Shown: in pieces, positions 1 to 12,567 of the stretch
How positions within the stretch are numbered: the stretch's first letter is position 1
How the letters are laid out: each line of letters begins with the position of its first letter
From: Leucoraja erinacea
Lineage: Eukaryota
Reading direction: 5' to 3'
NCBI RefSeq assembly: GCF_028641065.1
Contig: NW_026576109.1
Location: forward strand, 124,001-188,000
DNA: 64,000 nt
The notes under the pieces: generated by a model
The model's input: only the letters and a program-made list of their open reading frames with translations
Databases searched by the model: none
Told to the model about the DNA's origin: nothing
Position numbers and translations under genes: made by a program

Positions 1-311
1 TATATGGACGGGAAAGGAATGGAGGGTTATGGTCTGAGTGCAGGTAGATGGGACAAGGTGAGAGTAAGTGTTCGGCACGGACCAGAAGGGTCGAGATGGC
101 CTGTTTCCGTGCTGTAATTGTTATATGTTATATGTTATATTTTAAGTGCTTACGTTTATCCACCAACCCTTTCAAATGCATCGTATTTGTGGCAGCAGAC
201 GTATGTAGCTAGCAAATCCGAAATCATTCGTAATCAGTGAAACACGAAACGTACTCACAATTGGACAAGCGTTTACTCGCCAAAGCACTATCATCGTTAC
301 ACTGTTCAAAG

Positions 312-1254
312 CAAAGATCCTATAGCAGAGCAAGATAGGCTACTCCTGCTAAATGCAATGGACTGACGTGTAGTACGCTATGGAGGGGATAATGGGCTTT
401 TTCCACGCCCATTTTAGCAACCTGAGCCTACCTAACCCGACTCGACTCGCACTGTAATCAATGTTGCGGGGCAACAGTTTGTGTGGGTCAGATTCATAAA
501 TCGTTCAGTTCAAACGTCTTGTCAAGAATAAAATTTGATCTGGTAATTGTCTTTTTTTAATGTTTTTTAAATCATTTCTTTTTAAATGGCTCACAAGCAG
601 TGTTTGAGTTGATTTTGTAGTGACCGGAACCGACCCGACTCGCAGGATGATTGACAGGGGGGGGACTTTTTGTGCGTGATTATAGGGTTAGATTCATAAT
701 TCTGTTAGTTCATAATTCTGTTGATTCTTGTTAAAGAAAAAATGTTTATAAACACACATACATGAAAATTATATAAATGTATATAACACACACAATTATA
801 TGTCTTCTAATCCAATAATGAACTTTATTTCAGACTAGACAAGGGACATTAAATAAGAAACATTGTAAATAAGAAACATTGTAAACCTCCCTGCAACTTC
901 ACACACACTAGGCCTTATCCCCCCCGGCACTCTCTCGCCTGCCCCCTCACTACAATGTCCCCCCTCCTATGCCCCTCTCCCCGCTGCCCCGGGCCCCGCT
1001 CTCTCCCTCTCTCTCCCCGCTGCCCCACACTCTCTCTCCCCGCTGCCCCGGACCCCGCACTCCTTCTCCCCGCTGCGGATCCAATCTTTGGCCGGAAGCA
1101 AGAAGGCGCGAACAAGAACGCGGAGCAAGATGGCGACCCAAGATGGCGGAGTCAGGTTGCTAAAATGTGTCCTATAATCACCCATGAATCCGCCCATGAG
1201 CGTACCTCACGTTTGCGTGAGAGTAACCCATCTTGCTCTGCTATAGGATCTTTG
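312..1254. mobile_element. Non-autonomous DNA transposon, P-element-like (25-bp TIR, 8-bp TSD)
   Basis: TIR CAAAGATCCTATAGCAGAGCAAGAT at 312-336 and its exact reverse complement at 1230-1254; flanked by the direct repeat GTTCAAAG (304-311, 1255-1262). Confidence 0.85.
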
Positions 1255-1769
1255 GTTCAAAGTAAACAAATCTCTTGTCATAATTATTATTGCTGAACTT
1301 TGGGAATTACATTTCAGAATAGGGTACTGATGATGGGTATTCGGCGCCATAGCAGAAGCGTCCATGTCGCGGGGGTGGAAACTGGAATTATCCTGAGCTA
1401 ATTCTGTTACCACCGTCATCTATTGCGACATGTGAAGGCTTCCACATTGTCGCCGGAAGCTTGCGTCCTTTTCAGGACAGACGATGAGAGCGAGGCCAAC
1501 ATTTGTAACAAGATGGACACGAAAAGAAGAAGATGGATATTCGAAATGAAACACCATTTTTTAATATGAGTTCCACCGGGAATGAGGTTTAATTGTGCTT
1601 TTCAGTTCATTAATGCCATGTGATTAGAGTTTCAGCGGAAAGTCGTTTGCTTGCTTTCCAAACAAATCGGATAATACAATACATGCATACAATCAAGCCA
1701 AACTCAGGTACAATGGGTAGAAAATACAACCAAAAGAGTAAAGAGATGGTAACGAGATTGTCTCAGATG

Positions 1770-2000
1770 ATGTGTTTAAGAAGGAACTACAGATGCTGGA
1801 AAATCGAAGGTACACACTAATGCTGGAGAAACTCAGCGGGTGCGGCAGCATCCACGGAGCGAAGGAGATAGGCAACGTTTCGGGCCGAAGAAGAATTCGA
1901 ATTTCGCGTCTGAGGAAGGGTTTCGGCCCGAAACGTTGCCTATCTCCTTCGCTCCATAGATGCTGCTGTACCCGCTGAGTTTCTCCAGCATTTGTGTGTA
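1770..2000. repeat. Palindromic Penelope terminal-repeat derivative (other copies ~34630-34795, ~52330-52505)
   Basis: Arms ATGCTGGAGAAACTCAGCGGGT...GGCAACGTTTCGGGCCGAA and their reverse complement. Confidence 0.7.
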
Positions 2001-2616
2001 CATTGTATCGGATGATAGCAGATCCTAATTTGATATCAGCACGCAAACCGCCGCCACGCTCCGGCGCGGTCTTTGTCGAAATTCTTCACCACTTGTCGTT
2101 TCTGAGTTTGCATGCTCTTTTCAGTGGAGAATTGTCATGTCAGGACTTTCATATGAAGAAAGACTGGATAGACTCGGCTTGTACTCGCTAGAATTTAGAA
2201 GATTGAGGGGGGTTCTTATAGAAACTTACAACATTCTTAAGGGGTTGGACAGGCTAGATGCAGGAAGATTGTTCCCGATTTTGGGGAAGTCCAGAACAAG
2301 GGGTCACAGTTTAAGGATAAAGAAGAGATCTTTTAGGACCGAGGTGAGAAAAATATTTTTCACACTCTCTGTGGTGAATATCTGGAATTCTCTGCAACAG
2401 AAGGTAGTTGAGGCCAGATCATTGGCTATATTTAAGAGGGAGTTAGATGTGGCCCTTGTGGCTAAAGGGATCAGGGGGTATGGAGAGAAGTCAGGTACAG
2501 GATACTGAGTTGGATGATCAGCCATGATCATATTGAATGACGGTGAAGGCTCGAAGGGCCGAATGGCCCACTCCTGCACCTACTTTCTATGTTTCTAATT
2601 TTCTGTGTTATATGCA

Positions 2617-5036
2617 CTACTTGAACCAGCCAGTAATGATATTGAATGGATATTTGAGAGCATCCTTTAACAGTTCCCTGAATTTAGACTGTGTCCCAAC
2701 ATAAATACACGTGTTGGTACAGGAACTAAGAATCTCTAACATGTATCCGCTTTCTTGAAGAATAAATCTTGGGTCATTGGAATTAGAACCAGTTGGATAG
2801 ACGTTGCTTGTAATCTGCACAGATAGGAAATTTACCACATAGGTCGACCTCAACAAAATAAAACTCCAGGAGATGGCGAGAAGTAAAATAATGGATCTTC
2901 TCCTGCTCTCCATCTCGGGGTCACTCTGTTTCTCTCCGTTGCTCTGCGCCCGGAGTCTCCGGCGGGCCCGACTGGCCGCTAGAATGTGTCTGATCGTCAG
3001 AACATTAAGCAGCAAAATGAGTAGGAATGGGATACATGGATTTAACATATGGTGCAGCCATTCATACACCCTCCATGCAAGTGATGTATAGAAGATTGGT
3101 CTAATGCTGCAGAACCAGGGTACATTGTCAACGACATAGATGGGCTCATATTCAAAATATGCAGGGATGTTTCGCAAGGACGCCAGCACGCAGATGGATG
3201 CTATAATCACAGCCGCAGTTTTCTCGGTGCAGTATCTCACCTTCAATTTCTGGCTGCCAATAGCTAAAAAGCGATCGAACGTGAACGCGACCGTTAACCA
3301 CACCGATGTGTCTTTTGAAATCCAGCTGAAGGTAATAACGAGACTGCAGGCAGGAGTGGTGGACAAGAAACTAAGTGGGAAATAAATAGCCCGTAGCCGA
3401 CTTAATATCACAGCAGTTATAATGACCAGGAGATCCGCCACTGCCATGAACACCAGGTAACGAGTTATGCATTTCGAGAGGCCGCACTTTCCTTGGGACA
3501 AAATCACAATCGTCACTAAATTCGCTGCAAAACAAAATAATAAATTCGTTCATTGATAATCAGACCGTTAAATCCAATTGATTGACAGGATAAATTAGTG
3601 CAGTATTTCGACGATTCAGCTAACCACCAAATATATTGTGCTTTGGCTCATGCCACGCCCGCGTACGTTTATGCCCCTGTCCCACTTAGGCAACCTGAAC
3701 GGAAACCTCTGGAGACTGCGACCCACCCAAGGTTCCCGGAGATTGCAAGTGGTTGCCGGAGGGTGCAGGAAGTGGAAGCAGGTAGGGAGACTGACAAAAA
3801 AACCTCCGGGAACCGCACGGAAACCTTGGGTGGGGCGCAAAGTCTCCAGAGGTTTCCGTTCAGGTTTCCTAAGTGGGACAGGGACATTATGGAATGGAAT
3901 ACAAAAGACCAGCTTCCCAAACATAATGACAATTTGTTGAAAAAATAAGAAATTATAAATCCATTGGCACATCATAACCATATACCCATATATAACCATA
4001 TAACAATTACAGTACGGAAACAGGCCATCTCGGCTCTTCTAGTCCGCGCCGAACCCTTGCTCTCACCTAGTCCCATCTATCTACCTGCACTCAGACCATA
4101 AATCTCCATTCCTTTCCCATCCATATACCTTTCCAATTTATTTTTAAATTATAAAATCGAACCTGCCGGCCTCCACCACTTCCACTCTCTGAGTAAAGAA
4201 GTTCACCCTCATGTTACCCCTAAACTTCTGTCCCTTAATTCTCAAGTCATGTCCTCTTGTTTGAATCTTCCCTACTCTCAATTGAAAAAAGCTTATCCAC
4301 GTCAACTCTGTCTATCCCTTTCATAATTTTACAGACCTCTATCAAGTCCCCCCTTCACCATCTGCGCTCATACTGAAAGCAAATAACGATGTCAATGGGA
4401 GAAGAGATCATTTAGAATATAGCGTGTGAAATTTAGATACAATGATGCATTTCCATGCCAAACTAACTAGAGCGCTTCGTAATTTGGTAGATGAAATTGA
4501 TTCAATGCCCGCATTGAGACCAGTGTTGAGTCAAATGGTGTTCGAAGTGTAATTCCAATAAATGATATGATCGGAGGTGTTACATCAGCCACCAAATTCT
4601 GTAAATGACACCGGAATTTTTGTCGGGCGAGTTTCGGAGAGGAGAGACAATTTAAAATAATTCAATTCTGCATCCAATTATTCCTTTCTGTCTCTGATCA
4701 GAAATACAGATGCTCCCATTCAACAGCATTCAAAAGACGGTACCAACAAGCATTTTGTTCTTGCAGGAATTGTAAGAGAATATTTTTTTTTCGAACGACC
4801 TCCTTTGCATCAGACAACTTGATTGAATTCGTCATTCCGTACGAGATCGCAAGGAACAGATAGCGACGGAGAACCCGGCGTGCATTCGGTGCACATTGAA
4901 GTGGCTGAATGGCAGATTGAAAATGCTTTTTAAATGAAAGTCTACGTCCATATGTTTTGTTCTTACCTGGAACTCCGAAAGCTGCGAGAAAAGAATAATA
5001 AATGGCAAAGACCGGCCCATTCCCAGGTGCGTGCAT
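2617..5036 (-). CDS. GPR139/GPR142-like class A GPCR, copy 1 (exon 1 5036-4967, exon 2 3524-2617; ~325 aa)
   Basis: Exon 1 MHAPGNGPVFAIYYSFLAAFGVP + GTAAGA; exon 2 after TTTTGCAG continues ANLVTIVILSQGKCGLSKC...MAVADLL...FTFDRF...SSCTNTCIY. Seven hydrophobic segments, no stops. TATAAATA at 5101-5094. Confidence 0.9.
3672..3886. mobile_element. PIF/Harbinger-like MITE in the GPCR copy 1 intron
   Basis: Long TIR TGCCCCTGTCCCACTTAGG...CCTAAGTGGGACAGGGACA, with TTA on both sides. Confidence 0.8.
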
Positions 5037-5794
5037 TGTTTCCGTGAGCACGATTTAGCTGGCAAGAAAATTTTGCATCAAACTTATCAGAACTATTTAT
5101 ACCGCAGTGCAATCTCTGGAGCGACAATTAATTGCATCATCATAATTGCCAGGCAGAATGCTCCGAATAAACAAGGGAAAGTATGTTGTTCTTTCTTGTA
5201 ATGATTTATGACATGATATTGTTTGAGCAATGTGGCTTAATTGAGAAACGAGCTACTGTGGCTGTTTGAAATGAAACATATCACGTGAATTGGGTGAAAG
5301 GGGCTTCTGACTAGTAAATAATACGGTTTCTTCTAATAGCGTTAGGAATATTCTGTAGCCATTTGTGTGTCGACCCCAAATGAAGACATCGTCATCCTGG
5401 AGTGTGTCGCGAAGTGAATGGGCTCTTCTTTCTGCGTCTCACCCCCCCCCCCCCCTCCCGCGCTCCAATGGGTCTCCTATGTTTGTCTGTTTTTCCTCTC
5501 TCCCCTCTCTGAGCCGCGCCTGATGCCGTGGACCTGCTGCCGATACTCCCCTCTACCGCCTGATCATTCCCCGCCACCTGACTGCTTCTCCATAATCCGT
5601 TCACTGGTGGTCACCCATCTATTTTCTGCCTCTGTGGCATAGTATCATATTCAAAATCATACTCATAATAGTACTTTATTAGCCAAGAAAGGTTTGCAGC
5701 ATACCATCAAATCATGCCGTCGTAGCAGGAAAGAGCAACAATACACCAATATAAATGTTAAGTGTAGTTAGTGTAATGTTAAGTTAAATGTTAA

Positions 5795-6460
5795 GGCAGT
5801 GATGAAAGCGAATGGTATGTTAGCTTTCATAGCAAAAGGATTTGAGTATAGGAGCAGGGAGGTTCTACTGCAGTTGTACAGGGTCTTGGTGAGACCACAC
5901 CTGGAGTATTGCGTACAGTTTTGGTCTACAAATCTGAGGAAGGACATTATTGCCATAGTGGGAGTGCAGAGAAGGTTCACCAGACTGATTCCTGGGATGT
6001 CAGGACTGTCTTATGAAGAAAGACTGAATAGACTTGGTTTATACTCTCTAGAATTTAGGAGATTGAGAGGGGATCTTATAGAAACTTGCAAAATTCTTAA
6101 GGGGTTGGACAGGCTAGATGCAGGAAGATTGCTCCCGATGTTGGGGAAGTCCAGGACAAGGGGTCACAGCTTAAGGATAAGGGGGACATCCTTTAAAACC
6201 GAGATGAGAAGAACGTTTTTCACACAGAGAGTGGTGAATCTCTGGAACTCTCTGCCGCAGAGGGTAGTCGAGGCCAGTTCATTGGCTATATTTAAGAGGG
6301 AGTTAGATGTGGCCCTTGTGGCTAAGGGGATCAGAGAGTATGGAGAGAAGGCAGGTACGGGATACTGAGTTGGATGATCAGCCATGATCATATTCAATGG
6401 CGGCGCAGGCTCGAAGGGCCGAATGGCCTACTCCTGCACCTAATTTCTATGCTTCTATGT
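5795..6460 (+). mobile_element. CR1 3' fragment (similar short 3' ends at ~1-140, 2135-2597, 3985-4370, 7215-8400, 9968-10358, 11190-11520, 15931-16210, 22263-22855, 23708-24240, 29005-29385, 30025-30520, 31890-32295, 44220-44380, 61765-62040)
   Basis: Repeated GLSYEERL..LGLYSLEFRRLRGDLIE...TRGHSL homology and a shared 3' UTR/tail. Confidence 0.92.
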
Positions 6461-8766
6461 TAAACATGGCAATCGCCCACAGCGACTCCCCCACATTCCT
6501 CACTGTGATGGAAGGCAAACATGTTCACTCTGCTTGCCTTCTTTGTTCTTCCGCGGTCGGGGCTCTGAAACCTTCCGTTGTCGGGGAGATCTTGGCTCCC
6601 GCAGCCGGCGGTCGATCCCTCCCGGTCGGGGCGATCATGCGCCCGCATCTGGATGCTCCCAGCTGCCTCGCGCCTGGCGATCGGCCCCCAGGTCGGGGCT
6701 GGTCGAACCATCTGCGACTTGGAGCTTCCCGACATCAGTATCTGCCGAGACTGCGAGCTCCTCGATGTTGAAATCCACAGGCCACGGTTGGAGCGTCGAT
6801 CCCAGGCAAGGTAAATCCACTGCCCCGCGGTGGGGCTGAAAGTCAGATTCGAGCAAGGCCGCCAACTCCAAGATCTTGGGCCGCAGAGCGATCGGAGATA
6901 CGATCCGGAAAACAATCGCATCTCCGGCAAGGTAAGAGTTTGAAAAAAGTTTCCCCCGACCCCGTTCTCCACCTCCCACATAAAACAAACCAGAGAACAT
7001 TAACACGTATTTTAAAAACATACTAAAAATAACAAAAATGACGAAACGACAGCAATACTATTGGCGATGCTGCCGTCGCTGACGGCCCCACTCGTCATTG
7101 ATCGATGATGTAATTCGCGGAGATGGAAAGACTAAACTGATAGAAACAGAATTCCTGCATTATGAATTAGAAATATATTGGAGTATCATCAACCCTGTTA
7201 ATTTACTTTCTGTCGTTCTTTAAAAGCTTCCCAATACTCTGGCTTCCCACTAATCTTTGCAATGTTATACGCCTTCTCTTTTAGTTTTATAGTATCCTGG
7301 CTGCCCTTGTCAGCCACGGCCACGCTTTCTCCACCTAGAATCGTCCATCCTTTTTGGAACGAAAAGGTTCTGCATCTTCCGAATTATTCCCAGAAATTCC
7401 TGCCATTAAAGTTCCACTGTCTTCCCTGCTCTGTTCCCTTCCCAGACAACTTTCACCAGATAATCCTTCGTGCCTCGGTACCCTTTGCTCATCTGCAATA
7501 CAGACACATCCGATGTCATCTTCTCCCTCTTAAATTGCAGATTAAAACTTATCATGGTCTGGTCGCTACTTCCTAGAGGTTCATTTACCTAGAGTTCCCT
7601 TTATCAAATCCGGATCGCTACTCAACACTATATGCAGAATCATCTTTACCCTGGTATGCTCTGCTAAAAGCTTTTCTACGAATCCATCTCGTAGGCACTC
7701 AACAAATCCCCTTCCTTGTGGTCATGTACCATCCTGATTTACCCAGTTTACCTGCATAATGAAATCCCACATGACCTCCGTAGCATCGTCCTTCTTACAT
7801 GCCAATTGGTTATATTTAAGAGGGAGTTAGATGTGAGCCTTGTTGCTAAATGAGGTCAGGGGGTATGGAGAGAAGGCTGGTACAGGATACTGAGTTGGAT
7901 GATCAGCCATGATCATATTGAATGGCGGTGCAGGCTCGAAGGGCCGAATGGCCTACTCTTGCACCTATTTGCACCTAACTTGTATCCTATATCCTGACTA
8001 CTGTTTGGTTGCCTGTAACGAACTTCCATTATCGCATTTTTACCCGTAATATCTCTCAGCTCTATCCACAATTACTCTACACTCTATGATCTCATCACCC
8101 TCCCTACGGACTGAATTTTATACCGTGCCAACCGTGCTACCCCAACCCCTTCCCCCACCTGTCTTAAAATGTTTAACTTTGAACATTCAATTCCCAGCTC
8201 CGATCGTCGCTCAGGTAGCAATCCAGAGATTATTACCTACTTGGGTCTGCTTTTGATCTTCATATTCATTCAGCAGAATCTATCTTCTTGTTCTACCTAC
8301 GTCATTGGACCACGACAACGGGATCTTTCCCCTCGCCTGCACGTTGCTCAGCAGCGCAGACGAGATGTCCTGAATCCAGCCACCAGGCAGACAACAGCGG
8401 TTTTGTTCTATTTTGCCTCTTCCTTGTCTGGTTAGAAACTCCCCCCCCCCCCCTTCTGTTAATAGATCATTGCTACTCTTCTTAGTCTTTATAAAATCGC
8501 TGTTGTATTCATATTCCTTTTGGGGATTTTTTTGTGCCTTGATCGTTCTCTGTCATCGTTTATATCCTTTATCTCATAGTTATATCATACCTGCTGCCGG
8601 AGCGTGCCTCAATCCTTTCTCCAACATAACCAGATGTGTTTTTATTGCAAACCCCTATAGAAAACCGTCCTGTTGAAAATTGATTAAATTACTGTCGCCT
8701 TGTAACATGTTCCAGCACATTCCCAGGTACAGCCAGAGGTGGGACCCGAAGTTTTCGAATGCTTAC

Positions 8767-8832
8767 CGATTGTGACAGTCACTGCGGACCCTGTACCATC
8801 CTTATAGTAAGTTCTCCACTGAAGTATGGACC
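8767..8832 (-). CDS. NAR-TCR cassette A: J segment (SILQWRTYYKDGTGSAVTVTI)
   Basis: NAR-type DGxG(T/S)xVTV motif rather than FGxG/WGxG; phase-1 GTAAGC donor at 8766-8761; 5' 23-RSS. Confidence 0.9.
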
Positions 8833-8871
8833 CACAGTGACCTGACGCTGGGGATCGTCAGTACAAAAAAC
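8833..8871 (-). other. 23-bp-spacer RSS of cassette A J
   Basis: Reads on the + strand as CACAGTG + 23 bp + ACAAAAAAC, abutting the J coding end. Confidence 0.93.
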
Positions 8872-9184
8872 TCCCTCGTCTATATCTGCCCGACAGTCAT
8901 GACCAGAGGCTGTGAAATCACCTCCAGTGGTTTCGGAACGAAAACCAAATGTTACAAGTTCCAACGTCGCAGTATGATCAATCTGTTCAGTTTAAGAGAC
9001 GAACCAACAAGAAATGCAACCCCTGTACCTGGATCGGTGGTCGTTTCGGAAATCGATGGAGAAAATGGCAAGTAAAAATAGCAATAACTTCCCGATTGCA
9101 ATGGAGTTCAGGTCGACTCCAGCGTCACGAAGAATTGTAACATTGTGTTGCCGCTTCCCGTGAATAGATGTTTTAATTGCCCGA

Positions 9185-9212
9185 AGATTATGTGCTACTC
9201 TCTAATATTGTG
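9185..9212 (-). other. 12-bp-spacer RSS directly 3' of the cassette A V(D)
   Basis: Minus strand CACAATA + TTAGAGAGTAGC (12 bp) + ACATAATCT. The downstream flank (aatcttcggg...ttcacgg) resembles the flank 3' of the cassette B D RSS (aatctcggg...ttcccgg). Confidence 0.75.
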
Positions 9213-9522
9213 ATCCCCATAACCCTTTGTCGGCGCCATCTGTACTCAGCTTGACAGTAATAGGTGGCGTCGTCCCCAGCTGCCAGTTCTCGAATTTCCA
9301 GCGTGAAAGTCATTTCTGCTTCATTAACCGACGTACGGAATCGGGGCCCGTTGGTGATCCGTTCCCGCCCAGGTTCGGACTGGGTTTGTTTGAAGAAACT
9401 TCCAGTTTGAAATGCATATTCGCCCCTTGAACCAGGTTGGAAACGGCATTTGATGGCGAGAGACTGGCACTCCTCCCTCGTCGCCGCTGAGGGGCGCTGC
9501 GTCAGTGTCTGACTAAAGGAGA
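9213..9522 (-). CDS. NAR-TCR cassette A: IgNAR-like V exon, apparently already joined to a D segment
   Basis: Acceptor ...CCTGCAG, then an open frame SFSQTLTQRPSAATREECQSLAIKCRFQPGSRGEYAFQTGSFFKQTQSEPGRERITNGPRFRTSVNEAEMTFTLEIRELAAGDDATYYCQAEYRWRRQRVMG. Canonical Cys pair, DxATYYC, extra FR1 Cys, no FR2 Trp, short CDR2 region. Close paralogue of 16273-16566. Confidence 0.9.
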
Positions 9523-9650
9523 CTGCAGGTGAAGCACAGGCAGAGGTATATGTGAATCAAAAACGAACCACGTGTCGAGGATTAAACAAACTGTTTGAAA
9601 ATCGGGACGGATGCGATTATTTTTATATTAAAACTGCAAACTGCACTCAC

Positions 9651-9693
9651 GATGTAAGCAGAGCCACAGGATAAAAACCGGTGGGATTCGCAT
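9651..9693 (-). CDS. NAR-TCR cassette A: leader exon (MRIPPVFILWLCLH, phase 1)
   Basis: ATG at 9693; 43-bp hydrophobic signal-peptide exon followed by a GTGAGT donor (9650-9645). Same length and phase as the cassette B leader; splices in frame to the V exon at 9522. Confidence 0.88.
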
Positions 9694-11630
9694 CGCTCTG
9701 TTTCCCGGGGAGCTCACTCGGGTGACGGGAATTTGCGGCTGGCAGCCGTGAAAAGCTCCGCTGACCTGCGATAACGTTGGCTTGCAAAACTTCAGTGGGT
9801 CGGGTTGGTTTCCATTGGTCTATGCTCCGTAAATTACTGAAGTGACGCAGTTTCCGGTCCCTGATTTGTATGGTGTAAACAAACAATAGGTATAAACTGG
9901 GGTGGCTGATTTTTCTGAATTTGCTTCAGGTCCATAAGCCCCACATACATGCTTAACCAACATTCCTCTGGGGGATCTTATAGAAACATATACAACTATA
10001 GGAGGGCTGGACAAGTTATATGCAGGGAAAAAGTTCCCAATGTTGGGCGAGTCCAGAACCAAGGGCCACAGTCTTAGAATAAAGGGGAGGTTATTTAAGA
10101 CTGAGGTGAGAAAAAACGTTTTCTCCCAAGAGTTGTGAATTTATGGAATTCCCTGCCACAGAGGGCAGCGGAGGCCAAATCCCTGAATGGATTTAAGAGA
10201 GAGTTAGATAGAGCTCTAATGGCTAGTGTAGTCAAGGGATATGGGGTGAAGGCAGGCACGGGTTGATAGGGGACGATCAGCCATGATCACAATTAAAGGC
10301 GGTGCTGGCTCGAAGGGCTGAATGGCCTCCCCCTGCACCTATTTTGTATGTTTCTATGATGTCCGGTGAGTAGGGAAGATGTTCTGGGTGGAAGGGCCTC
10401 TGATATCATTGGCTTCTCATCAAACACTCACTCAAAGGAACTCGAGCTCCACATGTTTGCTTTCTCTCTTAAAGTGTATTTCCTTACCCACAATCAGACA
10501 GCTTCATGAACAGGGCGTCACCAAAGGTCAGCTTTGGACACTTCAGTTGGCGATATTCCCTCTGTCGCCCCCTCTCTTAAGGTCTACTTCTCTGTGAAAA
10601 TTAAATCGCAGTTTTTAAAAAAAAACTTTTTCTGTTCTGATCGAGAATCATGGTCATTAAATTTAAACTATTTCTGTTTCCACCGCCTGCGACGGAAATC
10701 TATGCGTTTTATGGGGATTTTACAACTTCTGCTTTTACTTCCAGTGTATAATTGAGGCTATATTTTTATATTTCTATTATTCTATATTTCACGGGAAATG
10801 TGACCTGCGTCTACATATATCCGAGCGCTTCTCCCTTAAAAATGCAGTCTTGAAAGCCACTCCATCATTCAGACACTGATGGATACTTCAAATACTTAAT
10901 CTCTTTCATTCAATCCCTTTCCGTAGATGATCTGAGGCCAAATAATTTGAGACATTTTTGTAAAAAACTGTTGTAGAGGAGCGGAATAAAAGATCAATAA
11001 TATTGGGAATTTTCTGTTCATGTGGACTTCGAAATCTTAGTGTACACGTGTCCACGTGTATTCCAGACCGGAACAACACGTTATGCATTAATGCATCTGA
11101 ATTAAATAAGAATAATGCAGGAAAGTGGCACTGATTATTCGGGATTATGCTGGTTGCCATAGGAGTGAACCCAACCAAATGATCTACTGTCAGGAAACAC
11201 GTTCCCGATGTTGGGGGAGTCCAGAACCAGGGGGCACAGTTTAAGAATAACGAGTAAGCAATTTAGAACGGAGACGAGGAAACACTTTTTCTTACAGACA
11301 GTGGTGAGTCTGTGGAATTACCTTCCTCAGAGGGCGGTGGAGGCAGGTTCTCTGGATACTTTCAAGAGAGAGCTAGATAGGGCTCTTAAAGATAGCGGAG
11401 TCAGGGGATATGGGGAGAAGGCAGGGACGGGGTGCTGATTGGGGATGATCAGCCACGATCACATTGAATGGCGATGCTGGCACGAAGGGCCAAATGGCCC
11501 AGTCCTGCACCTATTGTCGATTGAGATATCTTCGTTAATCAGCCTGGACCTATCGGAATATTTTACTTGAACATTAAATGACGATCAACAGATCATTGGC
11601 CCGCCTTTTTAATTCGCATTGTTATTAGGC

Positions 11631-11990
11631 NNNNNNNNNNNNNNNNNNNNNNNNNNNNNNNNNNNNNNNNNNNNNNNNNNNNNNNNNNNNNNNNNNNNNN
11701 NNNNNNNNNNNNNNNNNNNNNNNNNNNNNNNNNNNNNNNNNNNNNNNNNNNNNNNNNNNNNNNNNNNNNNNNNNNNNNNNNNNNNNNNNNNNNNNNNNNN
11801 NNNNNNNNNNNNNNNNNNNNNNNNNNNNNNNNNNNNNNNNNNNNNNNNNNNNNNNNNNNNNNNNNNNNNNNNNNNNNNNNNNNNNNNNNNNNNNNNNNNN
11901 NNNNNNNNNNNNNNNNNNNNNNNNNNNNNNNNNNNNNNNNNNNNNNNNNNNNNNNNNNNNNNNNNNNNNNNNNNNNNNNNNNNNNNNNNN
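11631..11990. other. Assembly gap (others: 18663-18843, 21455-21605, 21618-21830, 47768-48001)
   Basis: Runs of N. Confidence 0.99.
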
Positions 11991-12567
11991 ATATCGATAT
12001 CGATATACAAATCAAGATGCTGATCAAGTGTCAGCATATGTTACACCCGACGTGTTTCTATTCATCTAAATCCCGTCTTTCTGCTGAGATATTCCGACAT
12101 TCCCATTGTGAAACCTACAGTGCAGCCCTTTCCTTTCTGCAGTAAGTATTCATTGACGTACATGAGTGTGGCGTGGCGTGGCGTGGTTGTGTTCGCACGA
12201 GATACAATAGAAATCGATGCTCCTTTGTTGTCAAAAATTCCGATAAAAATATTGTGACTTCATTGCATTCTTCACCCTTTGTATGTGTGGACCATGCACC
12301 TTCCCGCGCCCCAGCGATTTTAGTTGAATGCGAGCATTAGGACCCTGCGTACTCCTTACATCTCGTGCGACAGTGGCGTTTCCATTCATAGTCGCCCAGA
12401 AGGAGTCTGTATCTGCTGCCATCTCGTGGTACATCTTTTCATTGCAGGTTTTGGGATTTTAGATTGAATTTCGAATATTACCTGTGACCAGGGGATGCTG
12501 ATATGAGCAATCGGTTGCCACTGATACATATATTTTATCGTTGGCATAGTTTAATTTCCATTATTTT

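Noticed and set aside
5037-5075. Acceptor-like TTTTCTTGCCAG just upstream of the GPCR copy 1 ATG, which could give a full-length V-GPCR fusion
   Set aside because: The 22 nt between AG and ATG put a phase-1 J out of frame, and a TAA lies in the GPCR frame.
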